From assembly GCA_026014815.1 (NCBI GenBank), contig JAOZHP010000077.1:6819-70818 (forward strand): a stretch of DNA of 64,000 nt, in the 5' to 3' direction. The position numbers and the translations under genes are program-made. Shown piece after piece: positions 38,303 through 48,573 of this stretch; within the stretch, counting starts at the first letter, position 1, and each line of letters begins with the position of its first letter. The stretch comes from Candidatus Bathyarchaeota archaeon (GTDB lineage: Archaea > Thermoproteota > Bathyarchaeia > TCS64). Under the pieces are notes generated by a model. That model was given only the letters and a program-made list of their open reading frames with translations. It made no database searches and had not been told where the DNA came from.

Positions 38303-38318
38303 ATATCCAAGTGATTTT

Positions 38319-39467
38319 ATGAGTGAAATAATCTACAACTTTCCCCCTTCAATACATTTCGGGTGGGGTGAGCTGGCAAACCTCGCTCAATACGTGAAAA
38401 CCCTCAACGGGAAGCACGTTTTCATAGTCACCGATCAAGGGCTCGTGATGACGGGTATCCTTGGCATTGTAGAGGAACGCCTCCAAGAGGTAGAGATCGA
38501 GTACACCATATTCGACGGGGTACAGCCCAACCCCACGTACAAGAACGTCCATGAAGGCCTAACCAAGTACAGAGAACATGAATGTGATCTGGTCCTCGCG
38601 GTAGGCGGAGGCAGCCCAATGGACGCCGCGAAGGCTATACTAGTCATGACACGGCACCCAGGAGAACTGGCTAACTACTACAGCGGAGCAGAGAAAAAAC
38701 TCCAGATCACAGACGACCTGCCGCCATTCCTTGTGGTGCCCACAACCTCCGGCACCGGCAGCGAGGTCTCCAGAGGAGCAATAATCACTGATGACAAAAA
38801 CAGGAAACGAGCCATCGGAAGCCGTCATCTATTACCCAAGACCGTGATACTTGACCCCTCCCTGACAGTTTCAATGCCTTCTAGGCTCACAGCATTCACT
38901 GGGCTCGACGCCCTCAGCCATAACCTTGAAGCCTACGCGGTGGACAGGTACGCCCCCTTAGCTGATGCCTTCGCAAAAGAGGGGATAAACTTGGTCGCGA
39001 AGAGTCTGGTGAAGGCTCAGCGAGATGGCTCTGACCAAACCGCGAGGATGGACCTGATGATGGCGAGCACCATGGGTGCACTGGCTTTCATGAAGGGCCT
39101 TGGAGTTATCCATAGTCTAGCCCATCAGTTATCCACCCAATGTGATATTCCTCATGGAGCTGCTTGCGGAATCATGACTCCACACGCCATTAGATACAAT
39201 CTCGACGTAAAGTCCACGTGGCCCAAGTACAAAGATATGGCTAAGACCTTCACAGGTGACCCTAACGCGAAGGTCAAGGACGCACCAATGGTAATCGAGA
39301 AACTGCTTGAGAACCTTGGCGTGGAGACAAGTCTCAGCGAGTGGGGTGTCACCGACGAGGACATCGAAATCATGTCAAGTAACGCGATGCTGGACCATTG
39401 TCACCCAAGGAACCCAAGAAAGTGCACCCAAGAAACAATGAGAAACTTGTATGAGGCGGCACTGTAA
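38319..39467 (+). CDS. Iron-containing (group III) alcohol dehydrogenase
   Basis: GGGSPMDAAKA and the later histidine blocks (SLAHQLS...HG) typical of Fe-ADH. Start set at the internal ATG 38319 (MSEIIYNFPPSIHFGWG). Confidence 0.75.
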   Translation: MSEIIYNFPPSIHFGWGELANLAQYVKTLNGKHVFIVTDQGLVMTGILGIVEERLQEVEIEYTIFDGVQPNPTYKNVHEGLTKYREHECDLVLAVGGGSPMDAAKAILVMTRHPGELANYYSGAEKKLQITDDLPPFLVVPTTSGTGSEVSRGAIITDDKNRKRAIGSRHLLPKTVILDPSLTVSMPSRLTAFTGLDALSHNLEAYAVDRYAPLADAFAKEGINLVAKSLVKAQRDGSDQTARMDLMMASTMGALAFMKGLGVIHSLAHQLSTQCDIPHGAACGIMTPHAIRYNLDVKSTWPKYKDMAKTFTGDPNAKVKDAPMVIEKLLENLGVETSLSEWGVTDEDIEIMSSNAMLDHCHPRNPRKCTQETMRNLYEAAL

Positions 39468-39494
39468 AATCAAAGTATAGATAAACTTTACAAG

Positions 39495-39695
39495 GTGGAA
39501 AGGTTGAGCGACGACGCCGAGAAGGATTACGTCCACATGGTCATGGAGACCGCGAAAGGTATGTGGGGAGCCGAAGAGGCTCAAAGGATCAAGGATCACG
39601 TGGAACGAACAGCCAAGGCCGTTTACGCTGTTAGCAACTATCCCCTTGAGCCAGAGATCGAACCTGTCACCAAGATGAGGCCGGGGGAGCAGTAA
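39495..39695 (+). CDS. Small protein co-transcribed with the amidase; weakly GatC-like
   Basis: 66 aa. TAATG overlap with the amidase start. The C-terminal EPEIEPVTKMRPGE resembles the GatC tail. Weak. Confidence 0.3.
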   Translation: MERLSDDAEKDYVHMVMETAKGMWGAEEAQRIKDHVERTAKAVYAVSNYPLEPEIEPVTKMRPGEQ

Positions 39696-41011
39696 TGGAG
39701 CCATACAAGCTCTCTCTAAGCGAAGCCTCACAGATGATCCACGAAGGAACCTTGACGCCAACCAAGCTCGCGGAGTCTCTTATGGACAGGATCGATAAAC
39801 TTGAATCGGTACTGGAAGCCTGGGTCACGGTTGAGCGGGACCAAGTCACCCAAGCAGCCGAGGCCGCTACGAGGGAAGCTGAGGAAGGCGTGTTCAAGAG
39901 TGCACTGCACGGCATCCCTGTAGGCGTTAAGGACATCTATTACACTCAAGGCATGAGGACCACCATGGGGTCAAGCATCTACGTAGGCTTTGTCCCAGAG
40001 TATGATGCTGACACCGTTGCCTCCCTGAAGGAAGCGGGGGCAATCATCCTCGGGAAGACCGAGACAACGGAGTTCGCGCTTCATGACCCAGCGTCCACAA
40101 GAAACCCTTGGAACACTCTCCACACGCCTGGAGGCAGCAGTAGCGGCTCAGCTGCAGCCGTGTCAAGCGGCATGACACAGATGGCCCTCGGGAGCCAGAC
40201 CGGGGGCAGTGTCGTTAGACCTGCCAGTTACTGCGGCATTGTAGGATTCAAGGGAACTTATGACCTTCTCAGTAGGGGAGGAGTGTTCCCCCTCAGCTGG
40301 AGTCTCGACCACATCGGCTTCCTTGTGAGAACAGTCCAGGACGCCGTTATCACTCTGAAAACCATGAACAAAGACGTGGAGTCGCCGTCGGAGACCGAGG
40401 AAAACCCTCGGATAGGGCTACTTAGTGGTTACTTCAAGGAAAACGCCGATGACGATGTATGGCTTGGCTTCGAGAGAGCCGTAGGGAAGCTCTGGGGGGA
40501 AGGCGCCGAGTTCGTAGACGTGGAGCTGCCTAAGAGCTTTAGTATGGTCCTCGATGTTCACAGGGTCATCATGAGCGTTGAGACCGCCGCTGCCCACGAG
40601 GACCACTTCAGGCAGTCAACAGACGAGTACAGGGAATATCTACGGGGCTTCATATCCAGCGGACTCATGGTACCCGCCACCGCTTACCTGAGAGCCCAGC
40701 GGATACGTGGCCAGATCATAAACGACATGATCAATTTACTCAGGGACTATGACTGCTTGGCTTCCCCCTCATCCGTTGACACAGCGCCCAAGGGTCTGGA
40801 GTGGACAGGCAGTCCCGTCTTCAACGCGCCATGGAGTCTCACAGGGTTACCCTCCGTCACTGTGCCTTCAGGCCTCAGCGAGAACGGGATGCCCATCGGG
40901 CTCCAGTTAATCGGTGAGCCCTACGCGGACATGAAGCTGCTAAACGTGGCTTCATGGTGCGAGGCAAAGCTAGAGTTCCCCCACGAACCCAAAGACCCCT
41001 ACACCCCTTAG
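39695..41011 (+). CDS. Amidase-signature enzyme, GatA-like (Asp/Glu-tRNA amidotransferase subunit A family)
   Basis: GIPVGVKD and the amidase signature GGSSSGSAAAVSSGM. The N-terminus resembles GatA (LSLSEASQMIHEGTLTPTKLAESLMDRI). Confidence 0.65.
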   Translation: MEPYKLSLSEASQMIHEGTLTPTKLAESLMDRIDKLESVLEAWVTVERDQVTQAAEAATREAEEGVFKSALHGIPVGVKDIYYTQGMRTTMGSSIYVGFVPEYDADTVASLKEAGAIILGKTETTEFALHDPASTRNPWNTLHTPGGSSSGSAAAVSSGMTQMALGSQTGGSVVRPASYCGIVGFKGTYDLLSRGGVFPLSWSLDHIGFLVRTVQDAVITLKTMNKDVESPSETEENPRIGLLSGYFKENADDDVWLGFERAVGKLWGEGAEFVDVELPKSFSMVLDVHRVIMSVETAAAHEDHFRQSTDEYREYLRGFISSGLMVPATAYLRAQRIRGQIINDMINLLRDYDCLASPSSVDTAPKGLEWTGSPVFNAPWSLTGLPSVTVPSGLSENGMPIGLQLIGEPYADMKLLNVASWCEAKLEFPHEPKDPYTP

Positions 41012-41463
41012 TCAGGCGTGTATTCTCGCCAGTATGCCTTCTCCCAGAGCTCAGGCGGACCATCAATCACATCGAAGATAGGGTGAGCCTCGACCAACTC
41101 AACATCCATGTTTTCACTGTGCTTCACGGGGGTTCTTTTCGCAAGTCTCTCCATGAGAATCTCGAACTCGTAGTCCAGTTGCCCTCGGTTGAGAGTGATC
41201 TTCTCTACTTCCTTCACAGGGTAGAGTATCTTCTCGTAGTTGTACTTGTATCCCCTGCATAGGCTCTCTCTGTGAACCTCCATCAGGAAGTACCCTACTG
41301 CTTTCATCGGGTCAGGGTGGTTCTTGAACCTGTCAAGCTGAGGGTGATTAACCCATCCCTTGGTGCCTCCCTGCAGCACCTTCTGGACCAGCAGAGTCTC
41401 CCTCCACTGGGCGCCGAGCCCCTTCCAGTCAAGGTACCTTGGGTGAATCGACCAGATCCGCAT
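41008..41463 (-). CDS. Pyrimidine dimer DNA glycosylase/AP lyase family protein (T4 endoV-like, Pyr_excise)
   Basis: MRIWSIHPRYLDWKGLGAQWRETLLVQKVLQGGTKGWVNHPQLDRF matches the conserved N-terminus of this family as recalled (MRxWSLHPKYLD..GL.A.WRE.LLA). Confidence 0.5.
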   Translation of the reverse strand: MRIWSIHPRYLDWKGLGAQWRETLLVQKVLQGGTKGWVNHPQLDRFKNHPDPMKAVGYFLMEVHRESLCRGYKYNYEKILYPVKEVEKITLNRGQLDYEFEILMERLAKRTPVKHSENMDVELVEAHPIFDVIDGPPELWEKAYWREYTPD

Positions 41464-41472
41464 ATGAGTCGC

Positions 41473-42252
41473 CTATAGGGTCTTGACCTGTCTGCCGTTC
41501 ATGATAGCGGTGACGTCTATGAGGTCGATGAGTCCGCTTGTTTTCATTTTTTTGCCCATTACTTCTTCTATCTGGAAGATTCCTGCCGGGTTCTCCATGT
41601 GGACCTTGATGTCAACGGGCTTTGTGTCTCCTTGTTCGATGTCCACTCTCTTGATGGCGAGGGCTGAGATCGAGTGAATATCGTTCTTACCTCCTTGGTA
41701 TGGGGCTCTGGAGCGTCCGCCTGCCATATCTGTTCCATCAGCCACAGTGACAACGCCTGCCTCAACGCTGAGGCACTTAACGATGTCATCACTCGCGTAC
41801 AACGCGTGAAGTATCTCAGACTTTATCCTGTACATTATGTTGATGTCACGGTACACTTGCCCCAGAACCCTGTCCAGAATAGGTGACGCAAGGACTACGC
41901 TGTTAGCCTCATGGTTTACCCTGTGGATGGCGTTCCCAATGTCGTGCAAATATGCGCCGCAGAGCACTATGATCTTTGCTCCTTCATGGTCACAGACGCC
42001 GTTGGTCACGCTGCTGGGTTCTACGACTTGTGTGACTCTGCTCAGAATCTCTAAGGCGCTGCCCGACACTATCTTAGCGTGTACGGGACCATGATCATTA
42101 TATCCAAGCCGCTTCACCGCCATTATGTTGGCCATGCGTAGATAGCTCTGTACCTCAGAGTCGTTCTCTAGGAGCCTGAATATCTCGGAAACACCTGACT
42201 CTTGGAGATGTTCATGGATAAGACGATTAGATACTGTTACCATGATGACCAC
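41473..42252 (-). CDS. HD-domain metal-dependent phosphohydrolase
   Basis: HGPVHAKIV...GAYLHDIGNAIHR carries the H...HD...H motif set. Confidence 0.6.
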   Translation of the reverse strand: MVIMVTVSNRLIHEHLQESGVSEIFRLLENDSEVQSYLRMANIMAVKRLGYNDHGPVHAKIVSGSALEILSRVTQVVEPSSVTNGVCDHEGAKIIVLCGAYLHDIGNAIHRVNHEANSVVLASPILDRVLGQVYRDINIMYRIKSEILHALYASDDIVKCLSVEAGVVTVADGTDMAGGRSRAPYQGGKNDIHSISALAIKRVDIEQGDTKPVDIKVHMENPAGIFQIEEVMGKKMKTSGLIDLIDVTAIMNGRQVKTL

Positions 42253-42286
42253 TCAGAAATGAAAGGGACCCGATGGTCATAAATGG

Positions 42287-42979
42287 TTAGCTCTTAGGGA
42301 GGGTAAAAGTGAAGGTTGTGCCCTCACCCTCAGCTGTCTCAAAGCTCAGGGTGCCGCCGTGACTCTCGATGATCCTTTTACATGCGGGAATGCCTAAACC
42401 GTTCCCCCGCTTGAGCTTGGTCTCGAAGGGCTTGTAGATTACTTCCTGAACCTCCTTATCGATACCTGGGCCGTTATCCGAGACACTCACCACAATGTTG
42501 TCTTCGTCTTCATATGCCTCGATGGTGATCTCTCCACCTTCCTCCATGATCTCTATGCTGTTGTTGATTAGTTTCTGGAAAACCAGAGACAACTTTCCTG
42601 GGTCCATGGTGATTGAGCCCACATTGTCGAGGGCAGTCTTAATGGTGACGTTGCCAGGGATAGGCATCTCGCTTACCGCTAGCTCATAGACTTTGGAGAT
42701 ATCTGACTCCACTAGTTTCAATATGTGACCCTTGTAAAAGTCCCGGAAATTATCCAGAATATCAGTGGCTTGCCTCAGGCTGTCCCTGATCATCCCGTAG
42801 AACAGGGGGTTCTCTGGGCCTCGTTCAAGCAAAAACACGGCGTTTTGTATGGTTTGGAGTGGGCTCCGTAGGTCATGAGCCAGATCAGAGGATATAGTGC
42901 CCATCTGCTCTATCAGGCGTCTCTTCAGCTCTATTTCGTCATACGTTTCCTTGGTCTGCTTCGCATCTTCTATCGCCAT
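42287..42979 (-). CDS. Cytoplasmic histidine kinase (HisKA + HATPase_c only, no sensor domain)
   Basis: H-box LAHDLRSPLQTIQN, N-box KLINNSIEIM, G1 DNGPGI, G2 GNGLGI. 230 aa. Confidence 0.7.
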   Translation of the reverse strand: MAIEDAKQTKETYDEIELKRRLIEQMGTISSDLAHDLRSPLQTIQNAVFLLERGPENPLFYGMIRDSLRQATDILDNFRDFYKGHILKLVESDISKVYELAVSEMPIPGNVTIKTALDNVGSITMDPGKLSLVFQKLINNSIEIMEEGGEITIEAYEDEDNIVVSVSDNGPGIDKEVQEVIYKPFETKLKRGNGLGIPACKRIIESHGGTLSFETAEGEGTTFTFTLPKS

Positions 42980-43127
42980 GCCGCTGCCTCAACTCTACAT
43001 TTACGAGGGTGATACATAATTCATTTTATGGAATCATCGTTGTTTAGAGGTTCTGAACAGAGTTTGCATACTTGCAGCGTCTCAGGAACCCTTAACAGTG
43101 GTATGACTCCCTTTCAAGAGACGAAAA

Positions 43128-44351
43128 TTGACGCAACCTGAGTATTGGTTCCATAGACCCGAATCCGATGAAGACATCGAGCAGCTTTACGAGTTGATGA
43201 ATATTGTCTTCAAGGGTGAGGACGTTGACAAGATAGTCAAGATGCTCTTGGATCATTACCCAGAGTCCAATAGGCGTCACCTTCTCGCAGTTAAACACGG
43301 CGACGAGACAGTTGCAGGTCTAATAATAATTCCCCAGACATGGGTACTTGACGGATTTGATCTCAGGGTAGCCGAGATGGGCTGCGTCGCAACCCACCCC
43401 GACCATAGGAGGAAAAGACTGCAACACATACTCAACGAGAAATTCGATGAGCAGGTAAAGAAAGAGGGACTCGACCTCTGTGCTTTGGCTGGTGTACCCT
43501 TCTTCTACAGGCAGTTCGGGTACGAGTACACGGTCGAGCTGGATCACAGTACGAGACTTCCGTTGAGCAATATCCCTGACTACCCTAAGGCAGAGGCGGT
43601 GCCATTCAGTGAGAACGATATCCCTGCTGCGAAGGTAATATTCGAGGCGTCACAAGGCAAGTATCCCATCCACGAGAAAAGAACCTTGGATGTCTGGAGA
43701 GCACACCGAAAGACGGGATTATATTACGGTGGTCCAGTTGAAACAGTCAGCCTCTTCAAGGATAACATACTTATTGCCTACCTCAAGTACTCGTGTTCTC
43801 AGAAAGAGAAAACCATCACACTCAAGGAAGCTGCGGTAGCCTCACCAGCGGCAGTTGAATCAGCTCTGGCTTATCTGAAAGACTATGGGAAACGCAAAGG
43901 GCTTGAGAAACTGGTCAGCGGGCTTGGTTATCTTGACGAGATATCTATGAGGCTCGCAGAACTCGGTGGCGAGCAAAGCCATCCATACGCGTGGCAGGTC
44001 AAAATCCTAGATTATCTAGAGTTATTCCGGAAGCTTACTCCCTTACTGGAGTCTAGACTAAGGGAATCAAAGTTCAGTGGCTTGAGCGAGACACTTAACT
44101 TTAACTTCAGGAAGTTCAACATCGTCGTCACATTCAAGGATGGAGTCGTTGAGAGCACAGAGCTAGGATACGACAACTCGGATAGAACCATCGGTTTGAA
44201 CCCGACCGTGTTCCCTCAGCTTCTCCTCGGGTACAGAAGCAGGGAAGAGCTAGAGTACGTGTACCCCGACTTTAAGATACAGGAGACCCATAAAGAACTC
44301 ACTGATGTGCTGTTCCCTAAGCGAGCTGGGTACATTCACTTCGTCTACTGA
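43128..44351 (+). CDS. GNAT-family N-acetyltransferase, Eis-like architecture (tandem GNAT plus a C-terminal SCP2-like region)
   Basis: VAEMGCVATHPDHRRKRLQHIL...FFYRQFGYEY resembles the Eis motif pattern (V.V.P.HRRRG...G..YGRFGY). About 400 aa. Confidence 0.55.
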   Translation: MTQPEYWFHRPESDEDIEQLYELMNIVFKGEDVDKIVKMLLDHYPESNRRHLLAVKHGDETVAGLIIIPQTWVLDGFDLRVAEMGCVATHPDHRRKRLQHILNEKFDEQVKKEGLDLCALAGVPFFYRQFGYEYTVELDHSTRLPLSNIPDYPKAEAVPFSENDIPAAKVIFEASQGKYPIHEKRTLDVWRAHRKTGLYYGGPVETVSLFKDNILIAYLKYSCSQKEKTITLKEAAVASPAAVESALAYLKDYGKRKGLEKLVSGLGYLDEISMRLAELGGEQSHPYAWQVKILDYLELFRKLTPLLESRLRESKFSGLSETLNFNFRKFNIVVTFKDGVVESTELGYDNSDRTIGLNPTVFPQLLLGYRSREELEYVYPDFKIQETHKELTDVLFPKRAGYIHFVY

Positions 44352-44409
44352 CCGATCACACTATATTGCACCCCCCGTGAATAGACAGCACCCAAAAGGA
44401 GATCACACC

Positions 44410-45528
44410 ATGGAACCCACGCAGTTCACCGACCTGAAGCTGAGCCCTGAGCTTCAACGAGGACTGCGTAGGATGAGGTTCCATGAGCTATCACCCATAC
44501 AGGCTGCGTCTATACCCATCCTGCTTCAGGGAAGAGACGTGATGGGGCAGGCCCAGACTGGCACAGGGAAAACAGGGGCCTTCGGTGTCCCCTTGTTGAT
44601 GAAAATCGACCCAGAGGCTCAACACACCCAAGCCATCATTCTTGCCCCTACCCGTGAGCTAAGCGACCAGATCTCAGAACACATCAGGGGGTTTTCCCGT
44701 TATATGGATCTGAGGATTGTAACCCTCCACGGAGGCTCCAATGTCCACAGGCAGATGGAGGTCCTCGTGAAGCCAGCACAGGTTATCGTTGGGACGCCTG
44801 GAAGGATTATCGACCTCATCAAGAAGCGACGCGCTTTAGATCTTTCACGGGTCAAGACCGTGGTTTTGGACGAGGCGGACAAAATGCTTGAGATGGGGTT
44901 CATCAGAGACATCGAGTACATCCTCAGCAAGACCCCATACGTTCGTCAAACGAGTTTATGGTCAGCCACACTTAGCCCCGCGGTCCTCAGCTTATCCACA
45001 CGGTACATGAGGCATCCACGAAAGGTGCTGGTCAGCCGCGACGAGGTAGCTCAGATCAACGTGGATCAATACTATGTTGACGTAGAGGTAGAGACCAAGT
45101 TGGAGACACTCTACGACCTATTGAATAACTTGGATGCCGACAGAGCTATCATCTTCTGCAATACCCGTGAATCCACTGAGGCACTGGCGGAGACTCTCAT
45201 ATCGGAGGGATACCGTGTTGGCGTTCTTCACGGAAGGTTCACCCAGAAGGAGCGTGAAGATGTGGTTAGGGAATTCAAGCTCCGTAGAGTTAAATATCTA
45301 GTTTCAACGGACGTGGCGTCCCGTGGCTTGGACATCTCAGGGATAACCCACATCATCAACTATGAGGTCCCCGAGGACTCTGAAGTCTACTTCCACAGGA
45401 TAGGCCGCACCGCTAGGATGGGAGAGACTGGCGTATCCATCACCTTCGTCACACCCGAGGACGACACCTACTTCGACAAGGTAATGGATATGACGAAGAC
45501 CGAGATCAAGCATATGACCATCGGATAG
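44410..45528 (+). CDS. DEAD-box ATP-dependent RNA helicase
   Basis: Q-motif region, AQTGTGKT (motif I), PTRELSDQ, TPGR, DEAD, SAT, HGRFTQKERE, RGLD, HRIGRTAR. Start set at ATG 44410, which follows AAGGAGA. Confidence 0.85.
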   Translation: MEPTQFTDLKLSPELQRGLRRMRFHELSPIQAASIPILLQGRDVMGQAQTGTGKTGAFGVPLLMKIDPEAQHTQAIILAPTRELSDQISEHIRGFSRYMDLRIVTLHGGSNVHRQMEVLVKPAQVIVGTPGRIIDLIKKRRALDLSRVKTVVLDEADKMLEMGFIRDIEYILSKTPYVRQTSLWSATLSPAVLSLSTRYMRHPRKVLVSRDEVAQINVDQYYVDVEVETKLETLYDLLNNLDADRAIIFCNTRESTEALAETLISEGYRVGVLHGRFTQKEREDVVREFKLRRVKYLVSTDVASRGLDISGITHIINYEVPEDSEVYFHRIGRTARMGETGVSITFVTPEDDTYFDKVMDMTKTEIKHMTIG

Positions 45529-45587
45529 GGTTCACCTTATCTCTGGGAAACTTTATCCCCTGAAGTAATACTGCAATATGATTCTTC

Positions 45588-46268
45588 ATGCTTCTCGAAG
45601 GACTCAGGAGGCTCATTGAGGACTCTGAGCTGTACATCGACCAACTGAAGACTGATATCCCCATTGACATCGGGTTCAGACTGCTGGACACCGGTGAGGA
45701 GGCTGCACTCATTGTTAGTGACTCACTCACTGTCACTGAAGATGTCTCAGATTCAATCGTGGTACTCACAATGCAGTCCGATACCTTCAACAAGATACTG
45801 AAAGGTGAGGCGGACTTCGCCGCATTAATTGGGAGGTCTCGGATGTCAGATGTGAGGCTCATCAACTACGTGATACAGATCCCTGAACGGTTCGGGATGG
45901 CTTTCGAGACAGTGAAAGCCCTCATGAATGTATTCTTTACGCCGGGCAAGATCAAGGCGCGGAAACTTAGTAAGGAACTCGCTGGTAGTGCTCATGGTGC
46001 TCATCCCATTCCCATCGTTTACTGGCAAGGGCTCAGGTACGCGTGGTACCACATAGCCAGTGGCGAGGTTCTAAACGAGGATGGAGAGAAGGACCCTTAT
46101 CCTCAGGCTTTTCTACTGCTCAAAGGCAAGGGAATACTCCAACTGGAGACCGCTTCTCTTGTGCTAGAGCCAGGTAAAGTATACTATATTCCCCCGAATA
46201 GTTTGCACATGGTTCTCGCTGAAACTGACATCGAGATGACGTGGCTTGCATGGGATACGCCGCCGTAA
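45588..46268 (+). CDS. SCP2 sterol-carrier-like domain fused to a C-terminal cupin domain
   Basis: TMQSDTFNKILKGEADFAALIGRSRMSDV is SCP2-like. The C-terminus has cupin beta-strand blocks (LVLEPGKVYYIPPNSLHMV). Confidence 0.45.
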   Translation: MLLEGLRRLIEDSELYIDQLKTDIPIDIGFRLLDTGEEAALIVSDSLTVTEDVSDSIVVLTMQSDTFNKILKGEADFAALIGRSRMSDVRLINYVIQIPERFGMAFETVKALMNVFFTPGKIKARKLSKELAGSAHGAHPIPIVYWQGLRYAWYHIASGEVLNEDGEKDPYPQAFLLLKGKGILQLETASLVLEPGKVYYIPPNSLHMVLAETDIEMTWLAWDTPP

Positions 46269-46308
46269 CTTATAGATAATTTTTTACGCTTATTGAACCT
46301 AAACACTT

Positions 46309-48570
46309 ATGGGGGGTTTCATGAAAAAGCGTTTTCTACCTCTGATCCTTGTATCTCTTCTTCTCATAACAGGTCTACCAGTAGCGTTGAGTGAACCTGT
46401 GTTCGAGTCTGATTCATACGCTGATGACGTGAGTGATGGAGTTGACTTTAACACGTGCTTCACGGGGAACATGCTTGTCCCAACGCCCATGTCCATGGAT
46501 GTCGTGACGGTGACATTCACAATGGCTGAGACCCTCGATGCCCAGCCTATACTGGTGATAAGCTCCACTCTGGCTTCGCCTCCTTTACCACATGAATCTT
46601 ACACGTTCGAGTATGGTTTCGACATAGATAATGACCCAAATACAGGCGCAAACGAGTCAGAGTGCTTCTACAATGGTCTGGGTGTCGATTACGACATCGG
46701 TTTAGAAGTGTTCATGGGATCAATAGAGTACACCTGGATCGACAAGTATGAAGAAGGTGAATGGGTTAATCTAGACTCACCCGACGCATATGTTGATGAG
46801 AACACGGTAACCGTCGAGTTCCCAATTGATACCTTCGGATTACCTCTTAACACAACTGTCATGGTCTACCTCATCAATGAGGGGGGACTAGACATGGCAC
46901 CTGAATATGGGGAGCCACCACTGGTCGTTCAATTCTATCACCTCCCGGAAGCCCACGTGGAGCCAGTTACAGTTGATGAGGGAACACCCTTCGAGCTAGA
47001 TGCTTCAGCATCTGTTTCCCTCAACGGCCCTGTCGTCCTTTACGAGTGGGACCTCGACGGTGATGGCATATACGAGGAGAGCCATCAAGACTCCATCTTA
47101 CCGCTCTTATACCCGGATGACGGTGTCCACATGATCACTCTCAAGGTGACAGACGAGGAAGGTTTCAGCGATATTGATGAAACCACGATAACCATTCTAA
47201 ACACACCCCCCTATGCCACCGACATTACGTATGTTGGCGAACTGATTGAAGGAGAAGAACTCACTTTCACAGGTACCGCCATGGATCTAGGTGACGACGA
47301 GCTTACCTTTATGTGGGAATTTGGTGACGGTGAGACCGCTGAGGGACCTGAGGTAACCCATAGTTTCTCGGTTTCCGGCGAGTACAGCGTTAGACTCTCG
47401 GTAACGGACGATGATGGCGACGAGGCGACAGAGAGTAAAGTCATAAACATAGAGACACCGACAACCACAGAGGAGCCAACTACAACAGAAGACCCAACAA
47501 CTCCAACAGGGGAGACCCCCGTAGATGAGGAACCCGAGCCCGAGCCAAGAATAGATCCTTTACTCATCGTGCTTGTAGCGATATTTGGAATCGGAGGCTG
47601 GTTCATATACAACTTCATAACTAAAGGCGCGAAGAAACCACCGAAGAAGAAAGAGGAAGAGGATAAAGAGAAGGACTTCTGCGAGGAGCACCCCGAGATC
47701 GTGGAGGCAGAAGAAAAAGCCTGCTGGGACGCCCAGATGGACCTCGACTCAACTGTAGGCGATATTCAGGACCAGTACGATGATGCCCTACCCCGATGGC
47801 AAGCCAACGCCGCAGATATGGGCCGTCTCATAACCGAGTGGGACGCCAACAAGGCAATGATCAACTACTGGACAGGTGTAGAGGAGGGCATCACTGAGGA
47901 CGCTGAAAGCGTTCAGGAGATAGCGGGAATAGTTTCCAACGCAGCGGGGAAAGCAAAGACGATCCTTGAGGAGGGTGGTGAGGCAGCCCTCAAAGAGTTT
48001 GCGGAAGACAAGGCGAAGGAAATAGGCAAATCAGTACTCGGTGATATCTCAAGTACAATAGGTCAGGTACTAGAGCTAGAGGGCTGGGCTGTAAGAACCA
48101 TAGGGTTAGGCATCGCCAAAGGTCTTACAGGTGTGGACCCCAAGGGAAACGCCGTTAATCTTAGGAAGAAAGCCGACCCCCTTATGGGTGACCTGGTCAG
48201 CTGGGTAAGCCACAGCGAAGCATGGAACTCAGGCAGAAGACCTCCGGACACTGTGGACAGCTGCATCGACGAGACCACTAGAATGCTGGGAGCCCTAGAC
48301 GACGCTCTAAAGAACTTCGAGGATGCGGTTAAAGACTTCGTGTGCATCACATGCGAGATACCTGAACACATCCAGCAAGAGATAGACACCCTGCGGAAAA
48401 ACTTGGAGAAATGGAAGGATACCTTCGAAAAGCTCAAGGAAGAGATAGAGAAACGGCTTGAGGAAGCAAAGGCGTTATTCAGAAAGAAGGAGCTATACGA
48501 GTCACCTTACGAGTACTTGGACAAGGCCCAGGACAATATCGACAGGGTCAACCGGGCCTTGAACCGATAG
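46309..48570 (+). CDS. Type-I membrane protein with extracellular PKD-like domains, a Thr/Pro/Glu-rich linker, one TM helix and a cytoplasmic domain of about 330 aa
   Basis: Signal peptide. YEWDLDGDG and FMWEFGDGETAEG are PKD motifs. The linker is TPTTTEEPTTTEDPTTPTGETPVDEEPEPEP. TM helix LLIVLVAIFGIGGWFIYNFI. Confidence 0.55.
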   Translation: MGGFMKKRFLPLILVSLLLITGLPVALSEPVFESDSYADDVSDGVDFNTCFTGNMLVPTPMSMDVVTVTFTMAETLDAQPILVISSTLASPPLPHESYTFEYGFDIDNDPNTGANESECFYNGLGVDYDIGLEVFMGSIEYTWIDKYEEGEWVNLDSPDAYVDENTVTVEFPIDTFGLPLNTTVMVYLINEGGLDMAPEYGEPPLVVQFYHLPEAHVEPVTVDEGTPFELDASASVSLNGPVVLYEWDLDGDGIYEESHQDSILPLLYPDDGVHMITLKVTDEEGFSDIDETTITILNTPPYATDITYVGELIEGEELTFTGTAMDLGDDELTFMWEFGDGETAEGPEVTHSFSVSGEYSVRLSVTDDDGDEATESKVINIETPTTTEEPTTTEDPTTPTGETPVDEEPEPEPRIDPLLIVLVAIFGIGGWFIYNFITKGAKKPPKKKEEEDKEKDFCEEHPEIVEAEEKACWDAQMDLDSTVGDIQDQYDDALPRWQANAADMGRLITEWDANKAMINYWTGVEEGITEDAESVQEIAGIVSNAAGKAKTILEEGGEAALKEFAEDKAKEIGKSVLGDISSTIGQVLELEGWAVRTIGLGIAKGLTGVDPKGNAVNLRKKADPLMGDLVSWVSHSEAWNSGRRPPDTVDSCIDETTRMLGALDDALKNFEDAVKDFVCITCEIPEHIQQEIDTLRKNLEKWKDTFEKLKEEIEKRLEEAKALFRKKELYESPYEYLDKAQDNIDRVNRALNR

Positions 48571-48573
48571 GTA